From Chrysomallon squamiferum (Eukaryota; Animalia; Mollusca), in NCBI GenBank assembly GCA_012295275.1, contig CM022667.1, forward strand, positions 20,894,001-20,958,000: 64,000 bases of DNA, given 5' to 3'. Shown piece after piece: positions 51,600 to 64,000 of this stretch. A program made the position numbers and the translations under genes. Below the pieces are notes generated by a model. The model saw nothing but the letters and a program-made list of their open reading frames with translations, searched no databases and had not been told where the DNA came from. Positions within the stretch are counted from its first letter, which is position 1. Every line of letters begins with the position of its first letter.

Positions 51600-52040
51600 T
51601 GTAACCCATTAAAGATAACAAGAATGTTGAAAAATGCTGACAACACAAAGAAACATACAGAATATCAGAAAAATATGGTTGCTATAAGATGTGGTTATAA
51701 CTGATGAAATCCTCACAGTCAGAGCAACACTGGGAATTTATGTTGTATTGTCGGAGAATGGTAAGAGTGGTTAGCATTCATCTACAGACCACCTGCTGGT
51801 CTGATACTGAATGTAAAGAACTGACATCGATACATCACAACACAGTATACCTCTCAACCCAAAAGATTCCTAAGCTGATTATACCAGGAATAGAATGGCC
51901 CATAACAGCAACAGAATTCCATGTTTACTACACCAACAGTTTTATTTTTTGTCCCTGCAATAAAAAATGACAGAGAAGCAGCCATAATGATTCATCGATA
52001 ACAGTAAATATTTTGCAGTGAATATCTCTCCTGGGATGAA
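51600..52040 (+). mobile_element. Possible second, more decayed Tc1-like transposase fragment
   Basis: Weak ordered resemblance: MLTT...W...VVITDE (cf. LT.RHR..RL.W...VLFSDE), LQ* and VNISP near the end. Many stops and frameshifts. Confidence 0.3.
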
Positions 52041-55000
52041 TAACAAACTGTCTCTTTTATCATTGTATTTGTGTAACAAAATGTACAGAAATATCAGCAT
52101 TCTTTTATCAAAATGTTTCAAAAGCTGGTGAAAGTAACAGTGAGCATGATGTGTATAATGAAAGCAGTTTAATTGATTGATCTTGATATATTATTAAACT
52201 GAACATCACACAGTAATGTTTTCCTGGTATGCAGTAGACTGCCGATCTTGACTAAAGGATTTTAACTCTTTTTCTGTTAAGAACTAAGTGTCTAAACAAA
52301 ACAGATCAATATATTTTAATACATGAATGACAAAGCTATATTTAAACAGTATCAAGTATGGTGTTTATATATATTTGTTTTACTTTATAAAATATACATC
52401 AGAATTAAACAAATTATACTGGAAATACTAATTATAGTCCCATTGCTGTTATAAAATAATAAATATTTGTAAGTTTAAATGCTAAATAAAACTGATAAGT
52501 TTTCAAGAAAGCATACTGATTCTCATAAGCAGATATATTTTAATTCCTTCAATATTTTTAAAGCAAAGCTTCTAACAAGTGATCCTGTCCTGAAAAAGAG
52601 TTAATATCATAATGTCTGCAAGGGTTAACTTAGTTATTTATTAATCCAGCCTGACTTGCTGAACCAAGTGAATTATTTATTACCACATCAACACATGGAA
52701 TATCAGAGATACTATCTATTGAAAAAGATAATTAAAAATCTCAAATACGTTTTGTAGAGGAAGAACAAATATTTCTTTAATTATTTTTAAAGTAACTTTT
52801 GTAATTTCTAAATTTCAAAGTTAATGCAAGAATACTGTCCAGCTTCATTATTTGTTGAAGTATGTAATTTTATAGTCAAATAAGTAGGGTTTAAAACATA
52901 TATAAAAATCAAAATCTTATTTTTATAAATAATGATTAAATGTAATTAACTTATATTTAATAATTTTATTAAATATATTTTAATGTTATAACAACTTTAT
53001 ACTCAGACTGCATAACTAAGGTTTACAGACGATGAAATCAAAGTGATGTGATGATAAACATTTTCTGAATCTGTAGTACATCCCTAGTTTTTTTTTTATC
53101 ATTATCAACATACCTCCTCAAGTAACACAACAAATACTGCACATTTTACACATGTTTTCATAGCATTCCATTTTCAGAGTATGGGAAAGAAACAGTTAAA
53201 ACTGCAGGTATTTATATCTTGAAAGAAACCTTTCCATTCACAAAAGTGAATAACGTAGCAAAAAGAGCTGGTATATGAAATAGCTTTTTTTTCAACACCA
53301 CTTCTAGATTGTATTCCATTTCCAGATAATCAGAAATAATAAAAATAAAAAGATGAAATTAATATATTGCCTTGTCTTAGAAATTATTTTAAAAAACAAA
53401 CTGCATTTGATAAATATAAATCAAAATAATTTATAACAAAAAAATAACTTATCACAAAATTATTTCAGTAAAGCATGTTTCATATTCAGTATTTTTAATT
53501 TTTAATTTATTTATAATTTTGTTACAGTACAGCTTCAAAAAGTTGTATAAAAAAAATGGCATTTAACTTGAAGAAATTTAAAAACATTTCATAGTTTTTT
53601 CTATGTGGAAGGGCGTTTATTTTCTGTATTTTATTGCTTCGAGAAACAAGTGAAAAATATTAGTTTTCAGAAGAATAAAAAAAGATCATGGAGTACAAGT
53701 ACTGTTAATTTGTTGAAAACAATAAAAAGCAAGGATCTGATTTAATCTCTTACATGCAATAAAGACTTGTTAACTTTAAATGTTTTTTGCTGTTGAGTAT
53801 TTTACCAGTTTAATCGCTGATGACAAAAGCACCTACCTCTTCTTTGACTGTTTTCTTGAAAATCACTGCTGTTTTAATCATCATTAGATTAACAGCTGAC
53901 TTCTGGTTTTTTCTTCATAAAGTCTTATTTTAAAGAAAATCTTAGATAGGGTATACATTTTCCCATTGCAGTTAGCTATCTTGTATTATAGTCCATAATT
54001 ATTCATTATGTTTATAAGTAATGCTAAACATGTAGCAATATTTAAAAACAGACAAAATCATCTAGCTTCTTTTCTGGTATTTCACACCATTGATTTCAGT
54101 TACCATGTTGATGACGTTTTTCTGATTTTCTGATTTGTTGTCTTTAAACAAACCATTTTTCTTCTTTTCCGAAAGAAATTAATGTGTGTGTATAAAACAA
54201 AAACAGTTTGTTCCAGAAGTCTGTGAGAAATTTCAACAGTTCCAGAAATTTATTCAATGCTGTTTGATAATCATCAAACACAGTTTCTTGTCTGTCTGCT
54301 GTAGTGAATTATTTTACATTCACAAATCAATCTCACTTATGGAATAGTAAGAAACCCTACTGGTAACTGCAGCACTAGTTGATACACAGCTCATATCAAA
54401 CAGTTGCCCAACACACTTTCCTATTCCTGACAGTACATTATTCATTGATAACTGAAAGCAAGTTAAAACACAAATCAATGGAAGATATAACTGCAGAAGA
54501 GCAGCCAAAAACTAAATATAAACAGCTTGTAATTGAAGCAAATGAATTGTGTTCTTCAGTTTTATAATTTGAGTTGTACATTTTAAAAACTTTGGTAACC
54601 ACGTGTGTATTTATTTAATACATTTTTTATCATTGAATAATTAATCCAGTTAAAGTAAAACTACAGCGGTGGTTCCTCTTTAAATAACATACTTCTGAAA
54701 AAGATCTTTATCTCTGACATCATTAAGGATTTATTTCTTATTGAAGGAAAACCTTTCCAGCTAGAAGAACATAATGGCTTGGATGAAAATCAGCCAAATT
54801 CACTTGCAGTGCATCAGGGATTAACTGTCTGTTTTCAAAGACAAATGACAAAGACCATGCAGAAATGTGATATAATAAGACTGCACAAATATACACTTTA
54901 AATTCAACAAGTATCTACATGTAATTCAATGGAGCAAGTTTAACATATATAACTTTATAGGTAAAATTATCCTTTTTTATCTTTTTGGATGAAGAAGAAA

Positions 55001-55589
55001 TAGTTTAGTTAAATATTAAGGATTAATTCTTTTATCATTTGTTATAAATAATAAAGGCACCAGCTGTTCTTTTTTTATTTAGCACCTCTAATTTTTTTAT
55101 ATGTCCTTCCCACAGACTTTAAAACATTTTCATAATCAATATAAATAATTTCCACCCAGTACATAAAATACATAATATATAAATACAGCTCAAAATATTG
55201 GGTTGGAATAAAAGTATATAGCAATTTTTAAGTGACATTCAAAGACAATATTAAGTTATTTGTACACAGGTTTATTCAAGCACATACATGCCTTTTGTTC
55301 ACCAGTCAGAATATGTATACAAGTCATGTATTTCAGTCATGTGTGAAATAAAATAATGTGCTCAACACCACCTATTGAAAAATGCTACAAACTTTTGTTC
55401 CAACCCAGTAAATAACAAAAACACAATTACATATTCTTATCATTTTTGTATCTGCTTTGTTTACAAAAAAATAAACCAAATGTATTATTTCATAATCTTT
55501 TATAAGATTATTCTATGTAGTTTATTTCACAACTCTGTCCTCCACTCTCTGCTCACTGTTTACTCAGGCACCTATGTACACCTTCAATC

Positions 55590-55711
55590 AAACACAAACA
55601 CACACACACACATACAGTCACACACACACACACACACACAACAACATGCACATCCAGTCACACACAAAACACACACATACATTCACACACAAACACACAT
55701 AAACATATAGT

Positions 55712-55758
<47 letters not shown>

Positions 55759-55800
55759 CAAACAGAAACACACAGTGATACATAAAACAGAAAAACACAT
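55590..55800. repeat. Degenerate (CA)n-rich tract
   Basis: Seen directly. Confidence 0.9.
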
Positions 55801-56246
55801 ATACAGTGAGTAAATAAAATACACCAGATGACAAAATTTTTTCAACTGAACCACAATCTGGTATTTACAGAAGAAATTAAATTCTGTTGAACCCATCATG
55901 TTCTGAATTTATTTCTAAAATCTCTCTACCAGGTAGCAGCACCAAACTGTTAATCTATTCACCTCACCATCCAGTAGCTTGTCTCACTCTTACTTCTTCA
56001 GTACATACCCCTGAGAGTTTATTTTATAAGTTGTCAGTAAACAGAAACTTTAACTGTGATGTAAATTTAGAAATTCTGTACAGACCTGTTATATGTACAC
56101 ATTGATTAAACTTTTCAACACTTTTGTACATTCAGCAAACAAATGGTTCACAGTGAGCTATTGTAAACTGTTATATCTGACCATATGCATGTGTGTGTGT
56201 GTGTGTGTGTGTATCTGAATGTGTGTTTGTATGTGTAGATATAAAA

Positions 56247-58782
56247 CAGTAGATAGTAAAACAACAAACACATGTTTACAGTAACACAGTAGATGACAAA
56301 ACAACAAACAGATGTTTACAGTAACACAGTGGATGATAAAACAACAAACAGATGTTTACAGTAACACAGTAGATGATAAAACAACAAACAGATGTTTACA
56401 GTAACACAGTAGATGATAAAACAACAAACAGATGTTTACAGTAAAGCAGTGGATGATAAAACAACAAACAGATGTTTACAGTAAAACAGTGGATGATAAA
56501 ACAACAAACAGATGTTTACAGTAACACAGTGGATGATAAAACAACAAACAGATGTTTACAGTAACACAGTGGATGATAAAACAACAAACAGATGTTTACA
56601 GTAACACAGTGGATGATAAAACAACAAACAGATGTTTACAGTAACACAGTAGATGATGAAACAACAAACAGATGTTTACAGTAACACAGTGGATGGTAAA
56701 ACAACAAACAGATGTTTACAGTAACACAGTGGATGGTAAAACAACAAGCAGATGTTTACAGTAACACAGTGGATGATAAAACAACAAACAGATGTTTACA
56801 GTAACACAGTGGATGATAAAACAACAAACAGATGTTTACAGTAACACAGTGGATGATAAAACAACAAACAGATGTTTACAGTAACACAGTGGATGATAAA
56901 ACAACAAACAGATGTTTACAGTAACACAGTGGATGATAAAACAACAAACAGATGTTTACAGTAACACAGTGGATGACAAACCAACAAACAGATGTTTACA
57001 GTAACACAGTAGATGATGAAACAACAAACAGATGTTTACAGTAACAATAGATGATAAAATAACAAACAGATGTTTACAATAACACAGTAGATGATAAAAC
57101 AACAAACACATGTTTACAGTAACACAGTAGATGATAAAACAACAAACAAATGATTTAAAGTAACACAGTGGATGATAAAATACAAACAGATGTTTACAGT
57201 AACACAGTAGATGATAAAACAACAAACACATGTTTACAGTAACACAGTGGATGATAAAACAACAAACAGATGATTTACAGTAACACAGTGGATGATAAAC
57301 CAACAAACAGATGTTTACAGTAACACAGTCGATGATAAACCAACAAACAGATGATTTACAGTAACAGAGGATATGATAAAACAACAAACAGATGATTTAC
57401 AGTAACAGTAGTAGATGATAAAACAACAAACAGATGATTTACAGTAACAGAAGATATGGTAAAACAACAAACAGATGATTTACAGTAACAGAAGATATGG
57501 TAAAACAACAAACAGATGATTTACAGTAACAGAAGATATGATAAAACAACAAACAGATGATTTACAGTAACAGAAGATGATAAAACAACAGATGTTTACA
57601 GTAACACAATAGATGATAAAACAACAAACAGATGTTTACGGTAACACAGTGGATGATAAACCAACAAACAGATGATTTACAGTAACAGAGGATATGATAA
57701 AACAACAAACAGATGATTTACAGTAACAGTAGTAGATGATAAAACAACAAACAGATGATTTACAGTAACAGAAGATATGGTAAAACAGCAAACAGATGAT
57801 TTTTAACAGAAGATAGTAACAGAAGTATATGGTAAAACAACAAACAGATGATTTACAGTAACAGAAGATATGGTAAAACAGCAAACAGATGATTTACAGT
57901 AACAGAAGATATGATAAAACAACAAACAGATGATTTATAGTAACAGTAGTAGATGATAAAACAACAAACAGATGATTTACAGTAACAGAAGATATGGTAA
58001 AACAACAAACAGATGATTTACAGTAACAGAAGATATGATAAAACAACAAACAGATGATTTACAGTAACAGAAGATATGATAAAACAACAAACAGATGATT
58101 TACAGTAACAGAAGATGATAAAAAAACAAACAGATGTTTACAGTAACACAATAGATGATAAAACAACAAACACATGATTTACAGTAACAGAAGATATGAT
58201 AAAACAACAGATAAAACAGTAACACAACAGATGATAAACAACAAACAGTAGTAGATGATAAAACAACAAACAGATGATTTACAGTAACAGAAGATATGAT
58301 AAAACAACAAACAGATGATTTACAGTAACAGAAGATATGATAAAACAACAAACAGATGATTTACAGTAACAGAAGATGATAAAACAACAAACAGATGATT
58401 TACAGTAACAGAAGATATGGTAAAACAACAAACAGATGATTTACAGTAACAGAAGATATGATAAAACAACAAACAGATGATTTACAGTAACAGAAGATAT
58501 GGTAAAACAACAAACAGATGATTTACAGTAACAGAAGATATGGTAAAACAACAAACAGATGATTTACAGTAACAGAAGATATGATAAAACAACAAACAGA
58601 TGATTTACAGTAACAGAAGATATGATAAAACAACAAACAGATGATTTACAGTAACAGTAGATATGATAAAACAACAAACAGATGATTTACAGTAACAGAA
58701 GATATGATAAAACAACAAACAGATGATTTACAGTAACAGAAGATATGGTAAAACAACAAACAGATGATTTACAGTAACACAG
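56247..58782. repeat. Minisatellite array, about 62 units of 40/41 bp
   Basis: Type A unit ACAACAAACAGATGTTTACAGTAACACAGTGGATGATAAA (40 bp) on the left. Type B unit ACAACAAACAGATGATTTACAGTAACAGAAGATATGATAAA (41 bp) on the right. No unique spacers. Confidence 0.98.
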
Positions 58783-58972
58783 CTGCTTGATCATCACACT
58801 GATATTAGTTTTCAGGTAAGTTTAGAAATCACAAAATTTCACAGTGTGCCAAAATGACGCTACTTTCTGCATCCTTTTGTGACTAAGCTAATCAGAAATA
58901 AAAATACATAGATACAAGTCTAATTTAAAATATGACAATTACATTTTAAAATATTGTCTTCCAACAAGATAC

Positions 58973-59035
58973 TGACACCCAATAGCTCATATGTTTTTAC
59001 TGCTGGGGTGTCATAAAACATTCATTCATTCATTC
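58973..59035 (+). mobile_element. 5'-truncated SINE/LINE 3' tail (stem-loop plus (CATT)n)
   Basis: TGACACCC...GGGTGTCA 8-bp stem followed by AAA(CATT)4C. Flanks AACAAGATAC / AACCAAGATGC resemble an imperfect target-site duplication. Confidence 0.6.
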
Positions 59036-59376
59036 AACCAAGATGCAATATTTTATTACTGTTACCACCCAGCAGGATCAAAATGCATGTAAGATAGTTC
59101 TTTCTACAATTAATAATAAATGGTTTCATTTGTTACTTAAGTTTCTGCAGGAAACATTTCTTTAAGATGTTTTGTTTAATTGGTTTTCTAGAAAACAAGC
59201 AGACAAAAAAGAGAAAGAAAAAAATAACAGTAACAACTATTTTCTAAGAAATATTTTAGAAAATAAACAAGTAAACAAAAAAAGAAGTTTATAATGTATT
59301 AAATGTGTCTCTGCAGAATAAGTGTCTTAATCATGTTTTCTGTCAAAAGATTTAAATAAATATAAACATGACAATT

Positions 59377-60769
59377 TAATGTTTTTTCTTGTTTATTATA
59401 TAGCTTTTCAAAGAGAGAAAAATGCAAATAACAAAGTAAAAAAAAAAAAATAAAAGTGCTGAAAAAGAAAAGGTGAACAAAAACATAAATACAAATTGTT
59501 AACATTAGTGTTTAGTTAACTTTAACATTCTCTATGAATTTCTGCATAAAATCGATTCTGAGTAGATTAACAACATCTAACATGGACCGCTGTCTATGTC
59601 CAGATTAGTATTCTGTATCCATGGAAAAATATCATTTATGAGTGGATCACTATCCAATCCAACCAGACCACTGTCTACAGCTAACTGGATTAACACTGTC
59701 CACAAGTGAAGCTTACTGATTTTACAGCATCTAGTGTTTTATATATTAACATTCTCAAACACAGAAAAATATTTACTATGGCCTTTGATTAACCATTACA
59801 ACACTGGCTGGACAGGAAATGTGAAAGAGTACAAACTAAATATCGTCTTGGCATTCCTTTGTTGTAGATGAAAATAAAACTTGTATTATTTGTTTCAAAT
59901 ACTTATTAAAAGTGTTCCTTTACTGTTAACATGTGTATTTGCTGCTCTGTATTTGTAATATGTTAAAGAGGTACATTTTTTATTATTGTTTGTTAATTCA
60001 TACAAGTTAATTATTAAGAATTAAATTCAGTTGGTTTCAATAAATATAAAAGTGACAGCAAACTTTTCATAGCTTCATGACTAATTCTTTTAATAGTTTT
60101 TCTTCTTGTTTTGAAAACATGCAATTTTACTGACGAATACGAATACCAAAGAGGACTCAGGTTGATAAGAATTTTTTCACCAACATTTTAAATCTTCTTA
60201 TAATAGATTATAAATTTGCAAGAAAATTGTCTTATATTTAAAAAAAAATAATAAAAATGTTATTTTAACAAAATTAACATAATTAAAACCCTAAAACTAT
60301 TAAACAGTAGGATTTCTTTTAAAAAACAACTACTTTGAAATTTAAATAGTAGAATAAGGATAATCTTCAATAATTTTTATAAGATATTAAACTTTGTTTT
60401 CAGTATTTTATATTAATCACAAGTATTGCAATAAAGAAAAGAAAATAGATTTGTACCATTATCAGTAATATCTTTAAATATTAAAAGTATTACTAACATT
60501 TTTACTTTTAAAAATGATATTTTTCCATGGATACAGAATACTAATCTGGATATAGACAGTGGTCCATTGTTAGATGTTGTTAATCTACTCAGAATCAGTT
60601 TTATGCAGAAATTCATAGAGAATGTTAAAGTTAACTAAACACTAATGTTAACAATTTGTGTTTATGTTTTTATTCACCTTTTCTTTTTCAGCATTTTAAT
60701 TTTTTTTAACTTTGTTATTTGCATTTTTCTCTCTTTGAAAAGCTATATAATAAACAAGAGAAAACATTA
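59377..60769. repeat. Near-perfect inverted duplication, about 260-bp arms (59377-59637 and 60512-60769), about 875-bp spacer
   Basis: Long exact reverse-complement runs, e.g. AACATTAGTGTTTAGTTAACTTTAACATTCTCTATGAATTTCTGCATAAAA and CCAGATTAGTATTCTGTATCCATGGAAAAATATCATTT. Confidence 0.95.
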
Positions 60770-63139
60770 TTTAAACAGTCCTCATGCATGAACTTGAGGA
60801 TAAAGACACAATTTGAATATTAGTTACTTTGTACATACGTTTTAAATAAATATGTTTTAAACACTAGGGGTGTATATTTTTTAAAACATTTTTCCACTGC
60901 CATGGAAAAAGCATGAAGTGTTTGGCTATGCCTCCATTAACCTACATTTTAAAAAACAACTCAACAGTTTCACTCGTTTTCAGAAGATATCTACACTTGT
61001 GTTACCTGACACTGAAGATGTTGCCTATGGTGTTTTATGAAAAATTTAAGCAGATAATAGCCTGGTTGTTAAGTATTAATGTCTATATCCCTAGTGTTTA
61101 TCTTCTTAACAATATAATGCCTTTTAAAACTATGAAGTCATTCTTACACAGATTTACCATATATATATATATTTTTTAAAGTATTAAATTTGATTTAATT
61201 GTTTTCCATGTGACAAATATTAATAAAGTTATTTTTAATCTCTCCTTCTTTCATTTTTGTTTTTTAATTCTATTCTTCTTTATCTGTTATGTTATGATTA
61301 CATCAATTTAAAAAGACAAATAAATTAATTTTTAAGAGCTAAATAATGTATTCCAAATATCTGTAACAAATTTAATAACTGACATCATTTAAACTAACTT
61401 AACAGCTATAAAGACAATTCAAAAATTTATGCAGTTGAATTGTATAAAAACAGTTATAAAATATATAATAAAATGATAGACCAAATTAAAAAAAATGTGA
61501 TGTATTACATATTTTGTACATATTTCTATATTTTAAAATTATTGTTAAGTACAGTGATTAACAAATTCACTCATGAAAAGAATTTAAACAGTCCTTGTGC
61601 ATGAACTTGATAAAAGTGCACAGCATTGTGTTTACACGAGTGTAGAAATGTCCGCACAAACATGCAGTTCCAACAAAGAAAACATGTTGTAATCTGTAAC
61701 AAAAAGTAACAGAAGATCAAACTGACCCAATTACCATTCAAACAAATCAGTTAGGTCCAAGGTCATTCTGTTTGACTTAAATATTTGTTTTTGTCTTTTT
61801 TGTGTTTTAATCATAAATTCCAATTGTAAATTAATATGGCATTTATACCTACTTCACCATTATTTATTTTCTTGTTTCTGTTTCATATATGTTTTAAACT
61901 TATTTATAAAGTTTTTAATTATATCTGGTAGATTTTTATTTAATTTTTTAAACAAATAATTTAAAATTTTTATTTTAATTTTAATAACCACTGTTTTTTT
62001 CTTTTTTTTTTTCTTCTAAATTTTAATTTGTATCAATAGCTTGAGTTGTCAGAAACAGAACTATAGAGCATACTATAACACACACTGCAAATCAATCACC
62101 CATAACATTATTTTTATTTTCGGAAACACCATGGGTATTACTAAAATTGCAATTAATGACTGATAAAGAATAATAAATACAGACAAACAGAGAGCAAACA
62201 GTGTATCAAAAATGTAATAGACCACTGACTTTTCTGAATACAGGTACAGCCTAAGACAAATCTATTCAAAACACAGTAATGAAAAAAAGACACTATACAA
62301 GTTCACAATGATTTAATCAGATGAGATAATTTCCAGTGACGTCTTCTGGATTGTTATACTGAATTAAAATTGTTTTAAAAAGAAAAAAAAGAAAAAATGG
62401 TTTGAATATTATTTAAAATAGGTGTGTTATTTCACTAATATCAGTATCTGACATCACCAAGTCTAACATGATTTTCAAGTCTTCATACAAAAGGTTTAAA
62501 AAGTTGAACAATACAAAGGAGGAAAAAATATAAAAGAAAATAATAATAAATATCTAAATAATACAAATGTTAAAAAAATATATATATATTTTGAATTAAA
62601 AGTATCCAGATATAAAGTATAAACTATTTTACACCTCAAGGTGAAAACTGGTATGTAAAATTTTAAATAAAAAAAGTTTTAACATCAATATCAGTTTAAA
62701 TTTACAATTTCTCTTCGTTCTCTTTAGATACTTTTTATTATCTTATAAATATAAATAAATAAAAGGGATAAAATTGTTAGACGTTTCAGAACAACTTGTT
62801 TAACAATTACATGTAAGATTAAGGTGATAAAAACACATATCTGCACTAGTGTCAGTGAATACATAAATTTTTCAGATAACCTCAGCTTACCTGAGATAAC
62901 AACTTTCTACATGAGCAGACCAACACTGTAAACTTTACTAATATTTGTATTAGTATTAACCACTTACAAGACTAATGTGAACAATAAAAAAATCTTGAAA
63001 TTAATAAAATATATCATTATAATTCATTTCATTGTTCATTATTAACTGTTAACTTACGTCATTACAATAAATTAACATGACTCTGCGTGTGATATGATTG
63101 TATGGCTCTTTCATTTCAAATATAAAAAATTCAAATGTA

Positions 63140-63330
63140 ACTGAGATTGGAAGGAACATATATTAGGATGAATGAAACCAGGATACTGATGAAGAAATAT
63201 TAGAAAAATATGATATAAAGGAAAATGGAGATGTATATGGACAGAGGATATAAGAAGATGATAAAACAGAAAAATGAGGAATGGACCAGAGAGAAGGGTT
63301 AAAGTGATATAATGAAATGATGAAAGCAAG
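63140..63330 (+). mobile_element. Decayed RTE-like LINE 3' ORF fragment
   Basis: Translation LRLEGTYIRMNETRILMKK resembles the RTE C-terminal motif LRWxGHVxRMxxxRxPKK, followed by a purine-rich tract. Confidence 0.45.
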
Positions 63331-63399
63331 CATTCCAAATATGAAGTCTATTAATACAGAAATACATTCTGTTACAATTCTCAGCATATTCAAGTATTA

Positions 63400-64000
63400 C
63401 TCTGAGTTCACAATATGCCTGATAACGTGTATTTTGTTTTTAAGTCACTGTATTTATATTTTAGTAACTACATTTAATTAGTAATTAAACACGTAAGTAT
63501 TTATATTTTGCCATAACTAAAAGGAATTATACATTTATTAGCATATACACCAAAATACATTTATAATAATAAACGTAAAACAGTTTAACAACATAACTTA
63601 TTAATGACAGGGTATTTATTTACATTTATACGCAAACAAAGTTATCGTCAGATAGCGACTACCGTGTTATCTTCTACTCAAATCATCGCAAGCTTATCAG
63701 AATACAGTGAGAACCAAATTAGGTAACACACAGGATAAAAAAATAATAATTATAAAAAAATAATATTTATTTTTTTATTTATTATTTTAAAGTTTAAATT
63801 TTACATATCCAGTTAACGTATGCTCTGTTTTGGTCGCAAAGAGATCGCCATATTTATTTATTCGTTTTTTGATTCCTGCCAAAAATTGACGTTGATCCTA
63901 TTCTTTAGTCTCTGCACCGAACGTTTTGTTTATTTTCGAGGTTAAACGTTTCTTCCTTTTCCTGAAACACTGCATAAAACAACCGCATACGCTTTGAAGA
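63400..64000. promoter_or_regulatory. CpG-retaining patch; putative promoter (distal CLC promoter and/or next gene)
   Basis: About 19 CpGs in 600 bp by eye, against a strongly CpG-depleted background. Confidence 0.45.

Noticed and set aside
56247-58782. Regular about 40-bp periodicity resembling a CRISPR array, and Cys/Tyr-rich ORFs on the minus strand
   Set aside because: Units are head-to-tail with no unique spacers, there are no cas genes, and the context is eukaryotic. The ORFs are translations of a repeat whose unit is not a multiple of 3.
58808-58821. Plus-strand TTTTCAG|GTAAGT recursive-splice-like motif
   Set aside because: Opposite strand to the inferred CLC transcript, and no plus-strand gene is evident here.

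Overview
AT-rich (about 30% GC by eye), CpG-depleted, intron-rich animal genomic DNA, probably an invertebrate. A gastropod mollusc is suggested only by my recollection of one SINE tail. Four spliced protein-coding genes can be built by hand with GT-AG introns and consistent reading-frame phases: (1) the last three exons of an alpha/beta-type syntrophin (+, to 3684); (2) mitochondrial malonyl-CoA:ACP transacylase MCAT (-, 4 exons, 458 aa); (3) MCM4 (+, 17 coding exons, 891 aa), head-to-head with MCAT across a small CpG-retaining promoter with E2F/E-box/CHR-like motifs; (4) a divergent CLC-6/7-branch Cl-/H+ exchanger (-, 19 shared coding exons, 25232-42596). The CLC gene is the most interesting part. 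It has a candidate U12 (minor-spliceosome) intron and two apparently alternative N-terminal exon pairs ending in the same homologous motif, one of them beside an internal CpG-retaining patch. The region 51-63 kb has no recognisable coding exons. It holds a 2.5-kb polarised 40/41-bp minisatellite, a near-perfect 260-bp inverted duplication and decayed transposon pieces. No rRNA, tRNA, CRISPR array or prokaryote-type system is supported, and most short ORFs in the track are noise. Coordinates were counted by eye; repeat boundaries are approximate.
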